This document shows positions 1-13,579 of a stretch of 64,000 nt of DNA, piece by piece. Numbering within the stretch: position 1 is the stretch's first letter; every line of letters begins with the position of its first letter. A model generated the notes under the pieces. It ran no database searches. It saw nothing but the letters and a program-made list of their open reading frames with translations, and had not been told where the DNA came from. Source of the stretch: Piromyces finnis finn (taxonomy: Eukaryota; Fungi; Neocallimastigomycota); NCBI GenBank assembly GCA_002104945.1, contig MCFH01000074.1, positions 62,001 to 126,000 on the forward strand, written 5' to 3'. The position numbers and the translations under genes were made by a program.

Positions 1-446
1 AAGGAACGGTACCTTATGTTGAGGTCTTTTATTTCTTCATTCTTTTTGATTCGCATATCCCTAAGCTCCTTGAGAAGTTCTATTTGATCTTCCTTTACTC
101 CATAAAATTCTTCTAACATAGTGACTATCTTTTTAAGGGAAGGGTAGTGAGATTTTCTCTTTCCTCTACCTTCATCTTCTTCATCACTATCTTCAGTGTC
201 TTCATCACTTTCAAAGTCCTTATTAGGATTTAACACTTGAATAAGTTCATTTGGTGTTCCTGTAGTAGTAAACAAACAAGCTAGGAACACTATTTTTGGA
301 CTTTTAACATCTTGAAGCATAGTCCAATACTTTAATTGACTATACCAAGTCTTAATGTCCAAATTATCTTCAGTTAATCTAGTGACATGCTTTAATTCCT
401 TCATTAATTTAGCAAAGTTAATAGATTTATCTGCTCCAATACTCAT
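1..446 (-). mobile_element. Gag-like ORF of an LTR retrotransposon, running off the left window edge
   Basis: Open frame from ATG at 446 (MSIGADKSINFAKLMKELKHVTRLTEDNLDIKTWYSQLKYW...LEEFYGVKEDQIELLKELRDMRIKKNEEIKDLNIRYRS). Not in the ORF track because it has no stop in the window. Gag identity is by motif resemblance only. A candidate short LTR (TGTAAAGA...TTTAACA) lies at 811-966. Confidence 0.5.
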
Positions 447-1621
447 TTTTATATACAAGTTTTAAATAAAAAAATAAAAATACAATTTTACAATAATATT
501 AATAATGAAACAAGTTCAAAAAAAAAATAATTTTCTTTTATAAGAATTTAAAAGAATGAATTACAACAATATTTGAAATATATTTAATTAACAACACTAA
601 TAATTATTCTCTTTAGTTAAACTAGTAATACCAATATAAAATACTTCCTTAACTGCACCAATTAACAATATTAATTTCTCTCTATTAACTATTTTAATTG
701 TGCCTTGAAGTATATAACTTTTAAATTAATTTTAAAAATTTTTATATAAATACGAGTGAATTTTTCTAAATAATTTAAGAAAATGGAGTTTTTATTAATT
801 AATAAATTATTGTTAAACACTAACCTATTAAGTTAGAAATTGTGTGTTTTTAATAATAATTTTAAATATTAATAATTAACAGTAATTAAAAGTGTTTTAT
901 ATTTACTAAGTTATTTTAGTAAATTATTATAAATTTCTTTTATTGTTAAGAACACATTTCTTTACATTATTTATGAATTTTAAGAAATTTAAAATTGTGT
1001 TGGTTGCTTCGGCCTTCTCTTTGAGTAAGCAAACCCAGGATTTTCTACTAAATTCATCAATAAATGTGATGATATATTTCATATCATCTATTGATGTAGG
1101 TTTATAGGTCCGATGATGTCAGAAAGGATAGTTTCCAAGATATTAGAGGCTTTTGGAGTAACTTTATTATGGGGCTTTGCCTTCAATTTTGATATTTTGT
1201 AATCTATGCATTGGTCATTTTTCTTCGTTCTGAGTTCCAAATATTTGTTTAAATCTTCCTGGTAGTAGTGACCTAGACGGCGGTGCCATAAGTCTTGGTT
1301 AAAAGTTTCAGTGGAGCAAAATTGTTGATTAAGATTATTGAATTTAATCCTAATAACATTATTGCTGTCAGGTTTGTGTTTGCTAATAACTTTGTCTGTA
1401 TGGTCAGACAAGATTAAGAGAACCTTACCATTTTGATTCTTTAACTGAGTATTAATACCAGCTATCGTTAGTTTTATTCCACTAATAAGATTTTTATTAA
1501 CTTCATTTGAGAAAAGTACTCTTTTTAATACTATCTCAGTTCCGTTTATGGCTCCGCGGTAAGTACCATGGCCCTCAAAAGTACAAGTAGAACCATTTGC
1601 ACAGCTCAGTAATTTTTTCGT

Positions 1622-1748
1622 TAATTATTAATAAATAAATTATGTCTCATTTTCTTTTTCTGTAATATAAATTGTGTAACTTAAACAATAATACTTGTGG
1701 CTTAAGTTACATTAAAGATATCAAGCTGAGGCGTTTGATATCTTTACA
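1622..1748 (-). mobile_element. U3 fragment of gypsy LTR type C inserted in the copia relic
   Basis: Begins TGTAAAGATATCAAACGCCTC and matches the LTRs at 26791, 28471 and 53570-54173. Confidence 0.85.
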
Positions 1749-2153
1749 GTGTCCCGGAATGTCACAGATAACACAGTACTTGTTTCTGTGATATTGTTTT
1801 GTATTTCTTCTATTTCCTTTTGAATGTTTTCCTTCTATGTTGTCTATATCCATGTAGTCATTGTTTGGATTTTTGAAGTTGTTGATGGATGGGTTATTAT
1901 TTCTTCTTATGTTTCTAGGGTTAAAATTGTTATTTCTTTGGTTGTAAGTTTGGTTATTGTTGTATTCCATTTGGTAGCAAATAACTGTGTATCTATCTTT
2001 TATAATTTCATATAGTGTTTCTGGTGTGTATTGGGAACTCATTAATATTTTATCCTTGAGAATATTTGGTAGAGTGCTGTACATAATTGTTATTTTTTCC
2101 ATGTTTGATTTGTTCATGCATGAGCTTTCGAGTAATTTAAATAACTCCATAAT

Positions 2154-2699
2154 TTTTTTTTTTATTTTTCTTTTTTTTTAACTTCCGAGTGCATTTCTCC
2201 CATCGATCGGAGTTAGCCCCAATGGTGGTTCTTAGAGAAACGTTGGTTCATTCCTATTGCTAGGTGGTCTGTCATACTGTTTCTTCAGCTTCGACGCTCA
2301 CTTAATCCATGTACATTAGATGCATGTCGTTGTACGATATTTCATAACTACAATGCTAAGCCTCTTATAGTCAATTTGATCACGTGTCAACCGCCCCCTA
2401 ATGTTTACACTTAAATTGATTAAGGAATATTGCTTGTGTATTTGGCATAGCCTAAGTCACCACTTATTAAGTTCTAATTTGGAATGTACTATGTACACTA
2501 GACCTTCTCAGGCCTGCTAGACGAGTGTTATTATCATAGTAGTAAATTAGAAAGTTCATTAATACTTACCTGAATAACATAACCCAACCCATGGCAAACC
2601 CAGTGGGAAAATCCACAGGCACTGACATCTGCAGGGTCGAACCAGAAGCCTTATGTATGCTAAGGAAACGCCTTAACAACCAGGATAAAAACTGGAACG
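2154..2699 (-). mobile_element. Non-coding poly(A) retroposon (SINE-like), copy 1
   Basis: 15-bp TSD AAATAACTCCATAAT (2139-2153 and 2700-2714). Ends GGAAGTT+poly(A) and splits the copia gag (...EIMELF|MELFKLL). No minus-strand ORF of 60 aa or more. Homologous to 59996-60313. Confidence 0.85.
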
Positions 2700-3118
2700 A
2701 AATAACTCCATAATCTCATTCATGACATTCATGCTTTCCTTAAGGTTGGTAGCCTTGAGAGATCCTATCTTCTTAACCACTCTCCATGGTTGGAGGTGTC
2801 ATCCAATTTGTACAAGCTCTTGAGTTTCTCCATCTTCTCATATGCGGACTCACAGTTCATAATGTACCTTTTAACAGAGTCGGTACAATTTGTAAAAATG
2901 ATTATTCCTGCGAGTGCATCATTTGGTTCAAATTTGCTTGGTTCATTGAATGTTTTGTAGTTACTCTTGATGTAACCACCAAGCTGTTTGGCCTTTAAGT
3001 AGCCTTCAATTGTGCAGTACCATATATCAAAGTTGGAACTGCCTTGTAATTTATCTTTTATTTAAAATGAATTCAGGCATTTTATTTATATTTTGTAATG
3101 TTTATTTGTGAGCCAGTT

Positions 3119-3132
3119 TGAGACTCTTAATC
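3119..3132 (-). promoter_or_regulatory. Copia primer-binding site GATTAAGAGTCTCA (complement of tRNA-Lys(CUU) anticodon arm)
   Basis: Directly follows an LTR end in CA and precedes gag. The same 14-mer occurs at 23448-23461 and 26317-26330. Confidence 0.8.
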
Positions 3133-4952
3133 TGTTAGAATTTTAGGTTTTTTAATATTTACTTTATTATGGTAATTTATTAATACTTCATTACAAAGAT
3201 TTAATTAACAATTACAAGTTTGTATTTATACTAAAATTTATGGCTTATGCTCTAATACATACATTATCAATACATTACATTATATTAAATACATTTTACT
3301 AATGAATAGAGTTTATAATAAAATTTGAGATTTTCTAACATAGATAATTATATATAATTATATTAAAATTTAAATCATATTTTATAATTAATGTAACTTT
3401 ATTAAATAGATTAATGTTTTATTAATTGATTTAAAAAAAATATAAAAACTCGAAAATAATTCAACAATTAAAATTTTCGAGAAACTATTATGTTTTATAA
3501 CTCTAATTAGTGATAAATAATATATTTGATTAATAACATAATTGATTAAGTTTATTAGTAAATAAAAATTTTATAAGAAAACATATTTTATATTAATTTG
3601 ATAAGTAGGGTTAGGGCATTATGACCAAACTTACCACATTTCATTTCAAAATACTTTATAATTTTTCCCATGTGCCCAAATTTTTTGCAATATTATTATT
3701 TTACAAATAAGAATATTGTAAAGTTCTATACAATTTAAGAAAATAATGGATTAGGTCATAATCATTAATTATGACAAGAATAACATTATTTGTTGGTTCC
3801 TTAACAAAAACTATTACATGGTTATGGTGACTTAATGATACCTACCTGTTCCCGGTATACTATATACCACTGGTTTAAATCTGTCATTCATCTTTTTTAG
3901 AAAACATAATTTTTAATTTTATTTTATTATTAAAATACTATAACCAATCACATAAAATCTTTTAATATTTTTTGAAGATAAATTCTTGTAATTTTATTTT
4001 GTTTTGGACTCTTTGAGTCGATATTCAATTCAATAATAGTATTAATAAATAAAATAAAAATATAAACCATGGTTTAAAATAAAATTTGTTATTGTTTTAG
4101 TGTTTTATTTAATTAATATTATAAATATACAACAACCTAGTGAGAAAACCTCAAGTTCGTTACAATAATAATATATCGGCATTAATGAGTTGTTAAAAAT
4201 AATATTAGTTTTTTTAAATGAATCTTATTTTTTTAATTAGTTTATTTAATATTAATTAATTGTTACCCTATTTATTTCTGGCCGGATATAAATAGTTTTC
4301 ATAAAATAAGCTATTATAGTTAAATAACATTTAAACAAACTTTAAAATACTTTGGCGCTAGGATTAAAGTAAATTATAGTAATAAATAATGCATAATAAT
4401 TATAATTAATTATAATTAATAAAAAATTGTAATTATTAAATTATTATATTATTTAATTTATATATACATATGTATATCCTTTTATTATAAGTCAACATTA
4501 TTTTTTTTCTAAAATTAATAAATAATAATTTTATATTTATTAATTTTAATATTTGAAAAAATTGAAATTAATAAAAGTTTTAATTAGTCTTTATAAAAGT
4601 AATTAAAATTAGCATTAAAAGAAATAATTTAAATTACTAAAACCCCTATTACTTATAATAATTATAATTAATAATTAATTAAGATAGTAATTATTAAATT
4701 ACTTAAACAAGATTTATTTCAGATTAACGAAAATAATACCCTTTAGAAGAAAATAAAAAAAATAGAATTAAGTCCTTATATAATGAAAGAAAGTAATTTA
4801 ATATTATAGAGAATTTGTATAATTGTTAACTCATGAACAGTTATTTTTCTTTTATTAATTGATTGAATTATTAAGAAATTTTAACTCGAGTAACATCCAC
4901 TACTTCTGGAAAAAAAAATAAAGAATAATAATAAATTTAATTTACAATTTAC

Positions 4953-5159
4953 TAATTTGTGTTATTTTGAAAGTCTTCTTTAATTATACAGTTATCAATT
5001 AAATTAGAAAATGATTTTATGATTCTAAACGTAAATTGTAACGTATTATAATTTATATTGATTTAAATATAATTTAATAAAATTTATTACCATAAAATCA
5101 TTTTGTAATTTAATCGATAACTGCACAATTAAAGAAGACTTTCAAAATAACACAAATTA
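4953..5159. repeat. MITE-like foldback: ~69-bp inverted arms with ~69-bp spacer
   Basis: 4953-5021 is the reverse complement of 5091-5159 with a few mismatches; TA at both outer edges. Confidence 0.6.
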
Positions 5160-6705
5160 TAATATATTTTATTATTTTCCATTTTTTTATTATAAATTTT
5201 GCATAGGTACATTACATTTTTTATATATAATATATCTTAATCTATAGATAATAATAAAATACTTCGTATAAATACAACTTACTATATGTTCTATATTATT
5301 ATAAATTATATTTGAATCATTATAATTATATAATATTAATTTATGTTTAGTCAATAATTTAATAGATTTATATCAAAAATATAGTTCTTCATTAAAAGGA
5401 CTTATCATCAAAATCTTTTTTAAATAATCATATAAGTATTCATGATAATCTAAATCAATTTGAAACCTTTTTCTATACAAGTGATTTTATTTATCATATA
5501 GATAAACATGTTATTTTAAAATTTGAAATTTGTAATTATAATTATAATATCTATGGTCAGATATAACTATTGTACCATTGATAAAACTAAGATTCCAGAA
5601 ATGAGTCAATTTTTGAAGACATATTTATGGAGGAAGAATTAATAAACTATGTATTAAAAATTAAATTTTATCTCTACCCTTCCTTTAGGCAATAAATTAA
5701 GATCTATTGTATTTAATTTATTGCCTAATCATTTTGAATTATAATTATAATTATAATTATAATTGAATAAATTGTGATTTTATAAAAATAAAAAATTATA
5801 ATTATTTTTTTTAAAAAAAAAAGAAAAATCATTCAATTTTTATTGAAATTAAACAAACTATCACGGATATCTCATTAAAATATGTAACAAATGTTTAATA
5901 GAAAATGATCTATTAAACATTTGTTTAATGTCTTATTACAATACAATAAATTAAAAGATTTCATCTATTTTTTTTATTTCAATAAAAGAAGATAAAATGC
6001 TTATTTAAAATAACTCATTTTATATTAATAGGAATAGAATAAAGAAATAAATTTATTATTAAAAGACTGGACTTTACCTTTTATTATTAAAAGAAAAATG
6101 TCCTTTAAATATTTGACTATATTTTGAAACTTTTTTATTTCCTAACCTTTATAAAATTTTATTTATTGTTTATTATCTATTTATTTATAAGCAAATGATA
6201 TATTATAATACAAATGTATTCATCATCGTTAAAATAAATAATCAACACCATTACATTGATTAAATTAAGTGTGGAATAAAAGTTCAAATAAAGCCTTTCT
6301 TTTTTTATTTTTATTACTTTTATTTTGTTTTTTGCTTTATTTTTGCTAGTTAGTTGGATTGCCATTTTCATTACAGAATTTTTTTATTTTTTCATTTTCA
6401 GATATAAACTTTTTAAAGTTTACCAAATTTATTAATTTTAAACTTTTTTAAACAAGTTAATAAATATTTAAATTAATTGTGTAACAAATAATATAAAAAT
6501 GGTTATATTATATTAATATAAAAAATTCTGTCGTTGTGTAATTAAAAATAGATATTCAAAATATATTGAAATACATTGGAATATATTACAATATTATTGT
6601 ATACAACTTTATTTGTCATTTCTGTCATTTTCAATTTATTATAAAATAAAGTTTAAAAAAGAAACATATATTTAAAATATTTATGTAAAAGTCATTATAA
6701 TAAAG

Positions 6706-7284
6706 AGTAATAGTCAAAGTAATAGTCAAAGTAATAGTAATAGTAATAGTAATAGTAATAGTAATAGTAATAGTAATAGTAATAGTAATAGTAATAGTAA
6801 TAGTAATAGTAATAGTAATAGTAATAGTAATAGTAATAGTAATAGTAATAGTAATAGTAATAGTAATAGTAATAGTCAAAGTAATAGTAATAGTAATAGT
6901 AATAGTAATAGTCAAAGTAATAGTAATAGTAATAGTAATAGTAATAGTAATAGTAATAGTAATAGTAATAGTAATAGTAATAGTAATAGTAATAGTAATA
7001 GTAATAGTAAAGTAATAGTAATAGTAATAGTAATAGTAATAGTAATAGTAATAGTAATAGTAATAGTAATAGTAATAGTAATAGTAATAGTAATAGTAAT
7101 AGTAATAGTAATAGTAATAGTAATAGTAATAGTAATAGTCAAAGTAATAGTAATAGTAATAGTCAAAGTAATAGTAATAGTAATAGTAATAGTAATAGTA
7201 ATAGTAATAGTAATAGTAATAGTAATAGTAATAGTAATAGTAATAGTAATAGTAATAGTAATAGTAATAGTAATAGTAATAGTA
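6706..7284 (+). repeat. Long (AGTAAT)n hexanucleotide microsatellite with interspersed AGTCAA variants
   Basis: About 580 bp read directly. It explains the spurious poly-TI ORFs. Confidence 0.97.
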
Positions 7285-10200
7285 TCCTTTTTTTATATTA
7301 TTTCTTTATCTATATAAAATACATATATATATGTGTGTTTATTCATGTGATTATCACAACCTACCCCAATTTTTAGTGGTGGTTATTCTGCAAATTTAAT
7401 TTGAAATTATATAATAAAATGAAAAGTAGTTATAGTGTACCTATTTTATTTGTCTTAATCTATATTATTATTATTATTATATTATTATTATTATTTTTAT
7501 AATAATAATATAAGACTAATAACATTTTTTAAAACATTTATATATATATATTTTTATAAAAAAAAACACCTCTTTGATATCAAAAAGTATTATATGCTCC
7601 TTTCTTTTAATTATACCCATTATGATGTTTGGCTTTGTTCTTTTTTTTCTTTTCAATATTCACATTTTTTAATTTCTCCTAAAATTTATTATTTAATATA
7701 TAAATCATATATATTATTGATATATTCAAAATAATTAATATATTATAATACTATTTTAAAATTTTATTTTAAAAAATTTCTATTTAATTTCTATATAAGG
7801 AAATAAACTATTTTTTAATAATAATAAAAAAAGCTTTAATTTATATTCATATATAATTTATATATATTATAATAAAATTATTTTAGATGAACCATCAATT
7901 AAGAATATATTATAATATATTATAGTCATGTTATATAAAATGATACAGATGAAAAAATTAAAATAATAACAAATAATAATAAATAAATAAACAATATTAT
8001 CAAACATTATCCTAATTATATTTCCTAACTATTTTCATTATTATTATTATTATTATTATTATTCTAATTATTATTATTCTAATTATTATTATTATTATTA
8101 TTATAAATATTTTTATTATTATTATAAATATTTTTATTACTATTTAATAATTACAGCAATTACTACTTTAATAATAGTAATACTATTAATTATCACTTAT
8201 TATTATTTGTTATTTATTATTGTTATTCTGAACTAACCTCCCTTTTTATTTTTCAATATTAAAAAAAGGACCATTCATTGTTTTATTTTTATTTCCTTGT
8301 CATTTCTATTTATAATTCCATTGGTTATTATTCATTTAGAATATTTTCTGTAGAATCTTACATCATTGAAAAATACATAATACAATTTATCAAACCAAAA
8401 ATAACAAACAATAAAAATAAAATAAATATAGGAATTAAGTATTAATGGCAAGTGTTCTTATAGTAAATAATATGAAAAGGTAAATGTAAAAGGAATATTC
8501 CAAACAAGATCTTTTCATATTTATAAGTGCACTATACACACTACAAAAAAGTGATTTTTACTTTTGGATTTAATAATCCACATTTTTTACTAAAAACGAC
8601 TTCTAAAGGGTTATGGTTTATAAATTTTCTTTTTAATAATTTAATATATATTCTAATATATTCTAATATATTACTTTTAAAATATAGTATAGATTTTAGT
8701 TACAAAACAAATTGTTATTCATTTTAAATATATATTTTAATTTATTAATATTAAAATAATTTAATAACTCACCTATTTTACCATATAATAAGTATATAAA
8801 CAATAAATTAATTTTAATAATATCAATTAATTAATGTATGACAAAGAGATATAAAGTAATTTATCCAATTAACATTAAATATATTAATTGCAACTTTAAA
8901 AATTGAGTTAAAAGTTTATTTAATATAAAAATTTAAAATTGATACAATATTATAATAATATATACATTGTAATATATTAAAATAATATTATATACAATAG
9001 TATCATAAAAAAGTTAAAAATATTATTTATAATAATAATAATAATAATAATAAATAATACTTCATATTTATTTTAAATTTATTATTAAATAATAATTATT
9101 ATGATATTAACCTATTTTTATATATAATTTTTAAATAATAAAATAATTCTTTTACTTTTTTTTTTTATTTTATTATTAATTATTTTTAAAATAATCTTTT
9201 ATTCCTTTTTAATCTGTTCAATTTTCTTTCTTTTAAATAAGTTAATTATTTAAAGAAGAAATATATGTTTATTTAAAAATAATAAAAAAATAAAAAAAAA
9301 AAAATACTTATTTATATATGTTATTTCATTAATTTATTTATTTATTATTTTTTTCTTTTTTACTTATTCTTATTATAAGATAAAAGAAGAGAGAAAAAAA
9401 GGAAATAAATCATTCAATGATAATATTAAATTAGTATAATTTAACTTAAAACTTTTTTTTTTCTTATTCTTTTATTCTTTTAAATCTTTTTCTTTTGTTG
9501 AAAAAGACTACTTTAAGAATTAATTCTTTTAGGAAAAATTATAAAAAAAGTAAAAATATCAATCTAAAAAAAACGAAAAAAAAAAAAAACAAAAATATAT
9601 ATAACATATATACACACATACACATAAAACAACAACAATAATAACAATAAAATTCTAATTTATTAAACTACAATTTTTACGGAAACACTTTAAACCATTT
9701 TATTAAAAAATAATAAAAATTTGTATTTAGTTATAATTATTATTATAATTAAAAACATAACTTTTAAAAGTCTTTACATCATTTATTTAATCAACAATAT
9801 ATCCATTTCCATAAAGGAATAAAATTATATATAACAGATTAAATAAATAATTAACAAGTTAATATAAATTTACTAAATTTCTAATTTAAATGATATAATT
9901 TTTTCCAATAATTTTTCCAAAATTTATATCATTTATCAAATTTTCCTTGTTTAAAAATAAAACTTAATAAGCTTTTTATTTTTTAAATTTACAAAAAAAG
10001 AAAAAAAAATTATCAATTAATAAGAAAACACAAACATAATTCTTTTTCCTTTATTGAACAATCCAATATTTAATTCTCTCAAATTATCAGTAAAATAAAC
10101 AATCTAACAAAAAAAAAAAAACAAGGAAAAAATTTAATAGAGGAAACACATCTTTATTCTACTAGAGTAAATATATAAAAATCTTTATTTTATAAGAATA

Positions 10201-10988
10201 ATAAACTTTTATAATAAATCAAATAAGAAATAATATTTATTTGTTATTATTTTCTTATTTTAGATAAAAGAAACATTTACAAAATAAACGATTATTAAAT
10301 ATATGTAATGTACAATAAAAATTAACTTTTTTTAATTTATCTCTATTCTTTTATTTAAAAAATTAGAATTTATTTTCTTAAAATTATTGAGGGTCAAAAA
10401 TTCAATTTATTCTTAATTTTATTATCACGTTTATAATTTTATTTAAATTCAGTATTAAAAAATCATACAAAATAGATATCATATTGAATAAAAAATAAAT
10501 GTAAAAGACAAAAAAATATAAATTTGAATTATTTATTTTTATAATTAAACAAAAAAAACAACTATTTTTCAAAGAATACTATTTATTTATAACAGTAACT
10601 ATTAAAGGTAAATATTTTTTTATAAAATTTACATTTATTTTTTAAAAAATATATATTCTTATACAATTTTTAATATTTTTAACTTCAAAAATCATTATTA
10701 TTTGGTGTAAAAATTATTTATAGTATCACTACTTTGAAATAAATAAATTGATTTCAACAATATATATAAACATAAACCATAAAGCAAAATATTTATTATT
10801 GTTTTCTTAAAGTACAGGTACTTCAAAGTCATTATTAATACTATTTATTTATTTTTTTTTTTGAAATTCAATTTTTCTGATTCAATTTATTTATTTATTT
10901 ATTTATTATTTAATAAAATAATTTAATTTTAGTAAAGGGAATAAAAGTATAATTTTTTTAAAAAAGATTCACAATTTATTTAAAAAAA

Positions 10989-12744
10989 ATGACTGTTAAT
11001 GAACCAACTTTAAGAAGTAAAGAATCTAAGAATTCTTTAGATGAAATTATAAATTCTCAAAAACAATTGGATGATGAATTACAACAATTAAAGAATCGTT
11101 ATTCTCGTTACAGCCAATTGGTTTCCTTTCAACAACAAGAAGAAGATTATTTATTAAAAAATAAGGAAAAAGTTAACTCAAAAAGAGTTTCTCTTTCTTT
11201 GAAAAGAAAAAAGGATGTTGTAAGTTTATTAAGTATTATTATTTTATAAAATTAATATATAATTTTATTTTTTATAATAATATTTATATTTTTTTATCTA
11301 TAATAATTCAACATTCAAATAGACTTATGGTTTAATGCCACACGACGACATTTTAGCAAAGGAAGAAGAACACGAAGATGAAAAGCAATCTTTTGAATCC
11401 ATGACTAAAACTGCTAATGCTTTTCTTAGTTCAATTGAAGAAAAACATAATGCTTTAAAAAAGAAAGATTTCGAGTTACTTCATTCTCCAATTAGCATAA
11501 AAGAAGATGAAGAAGAAAAACAAGAAAAGAATACTGAAAAAGAACCAGAAAAGGAAATGAATAGACTTTGTGATTTAGTTCAATCTTTATTGAGTGAAGC
11601 ACAAGGTGCTATTGATTCTAAGCCAGAGCTTAATCATCCAGATATTGGTAAAGAAGAGGATCCTGAAATTACTATTCCACAACGTGTACAATCCTTAAAC
11701 AGTCATCATACAAGCTTTAATGACACTTCTTCTATAAGAAATAAACATTTAAGTATTATGACTGATACAACTGCTATTGCTCAACCACTCAGTCCTGTTA
11801 ATAAACGATGTGGTGATGATTTCGATGATTTTGATGATTTTGGAATGTCAAAGTATGATGAATTAACTTCACCATATAATGCGTCTACCACTACAAATGA
11901 TGAATTCATGAAAAGTTATCCACCTAAATTCTATCCACCTCCACCAGAATTCTACTATGGACCACCAGTTGGTTATCCACCATATTTTGATCCTGCATAT
12001 GGACCAATACCGCCATATATGTGGGAAGAATTCCAAAAGCATAAAATGGGTTTAAATAGTGATGAAAGTAGTGGTTCTGAAGCTGCTGTTGCTGTTAATA
12101 GCCGTAAAGAAAATCAAGAAATCATTAAGACTACTACCACTACCACCACTACTACCGAAGTCAAAAAGGACAAAAAGGAAATTATTGAAGGTAAGGCTTT
12201 AGTTAAAAAGAGACGTCGTCATAAGCACCGTAAGCATATTCGTCCAGTAGATGCTGATGGAAATATTTGTGATAGTGATTCATGTCCAGTTCATTCAAAA
12301 AGTTTAGTAAAGAAGAAGCAATCATCCAAATTATTTAAAGCTCAATTTGGTTCTGATACCCAACTTTTCCTTTCTTTCTTTGCTTCTTTCTTTGTAACAT
12401 CCATTTTGGTTACAATTTCTTGTCTTTGGTCTGTCATTCAAGTTATGGCTGGTAATGTTAATGATAAGAACTTAAGTCGTCTTTTACAAAGTTCTTCAGA
12501 AAATGCTATTAGAAATAACAAGAAAAGAATCGATTTAATTTTAGACAAAGAATCTTCTGAAAGTACTGAATCTGAATTTGAAGAAGAAGAAAGCCAAATT
12601 GAAGAAATTGATGAAGATGATGTAGATGATGAAGGAAATGAAGAAAATGAAGAATCATCTAATAAATTTATTACTGCTACTTCCGCTTCTGATGATGAAG
12701 GAGAAGAATTAGATATGAACTCCGAAACAATTTCATTATCTTAA
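10989..12744 (+). CDS. Hypothetical ~550-aa membrane protein, 2 exons (10989-11219, 11323-12744)
   Basis: Phase-0 GTAAGT...TAG intron at 11220-11322 joins the two ORFs in frame. Contains a coiled-coil-like N-terminus, a Pro/Tyr-rich patch, poly-Thr, basic KKRRRHKHRKH, a hydrophobic segment (LFLSFFASFFVTSILVTISCLWSV) and an acidic tail. Confidence 0.8.
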
Positions 12745-13579
12745 TTCAATGGAAATGCAACTTCCAAATTAAAGTGTAAATACTCGTAATCGTTATAATA
12801 GTTTTTAAAGAAAGGAACTATGAAGATAAAAAAATAATTTCTAAAATTATTAAAAAACAACACAACGCAATAAACATTAATAATATTATTAATAATGATA
12901 TAAAATATAATATATAGATATATATATTTTTTTTAAAAAAATATATAAATATTTGAAAGAACAAATAATAATAAATTAATAATAATAATAATATTATTAT
13001 TATTAAATAATATCTTTGTTCTTATTATTATCATAAAAAATATTTATTATTAGTAATATAAAATGCTTTCTTTATTTTTTTCTCTTTCTTTTTTTAAAAA
13101 TAATAATAATAATAAAGATGTTTTTTTTTTTATTTTTATTATTATTATTATTTCATTAGAAATCATACTTAAAAATTTATTCAAATCATCAACATAATAT
13201 GAATTAATAATTTCATTTTTCTTAACTTTTAATTCTTTTTTTTTTTTATAACAATACTTAAATTTTTTCTTATGAAAAAAAAATAATATATATAAAAATA
13301 AATATAAATTTTTTTTTATAAAAATAATTATTATAAATCTTTTTATATAATATGTATCTATTTATATTATATTTATTAGTTCATAAAGTAAGAATATAAA
13401 ATATAAATTTATAGATATAAGTTATAAATATTATTAAATTATTATAGAGAAAAATATCACCACCATTATAGAAAGAGAAGATTTATTTTATAAGAAATAT
13501 AAAAGATATATAATAATAAAAATAAATAAAAAAAAAAAAAAAAAAAAAAAATAAAAAAACAATAATAAATAAAAAAAAA

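Larger units (their letters stand above)
967..3132 (-). mobile_element. Degenerate Ty1/copia element (gag, protease, GAG-pre-integrase, integrase start) with nested insertions
   Basis: Minus-strand pieces: gag N-terminus (KLQGSSNFDIWYCTIEGYLKAK), CxxCxxxGH knuckle, protease tail (VLFSNEVNKNLISG), DLWHRRLGH, and integrase YIITFIDEFSRKSWV. The 5' LTR ends at 3133 (...TTCTAACA) and is followed by the PBS. Confidence 0.85.

Noticed and set aside
2518-2570. GTAAGT...CTAAT...TAG intron-like segment in the SINE-like element
   Set aside because: A sense intron should be lost on retroposition; there is no ORF context, and such motifs are common in AT-rich DNA.
3604-3640. TAGGGTTAGGG telomere seed or KCGKFGHN knuckle-like remnant
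   Set aside because: Only 11 nt of telomeric match, and the surrounding frames are broken and too short to assign.
6631-7166. Poly-(Thr-Ile)/poly-Leu ORFs
   Set aside because: Translation artefacts of the AGTAAT microsatellite.
6706-7284. Telomere or CRISPR interpretation of the array
   Set aside because: Interstitial, not a G-rich telomeric unit, and has no unique spacers.
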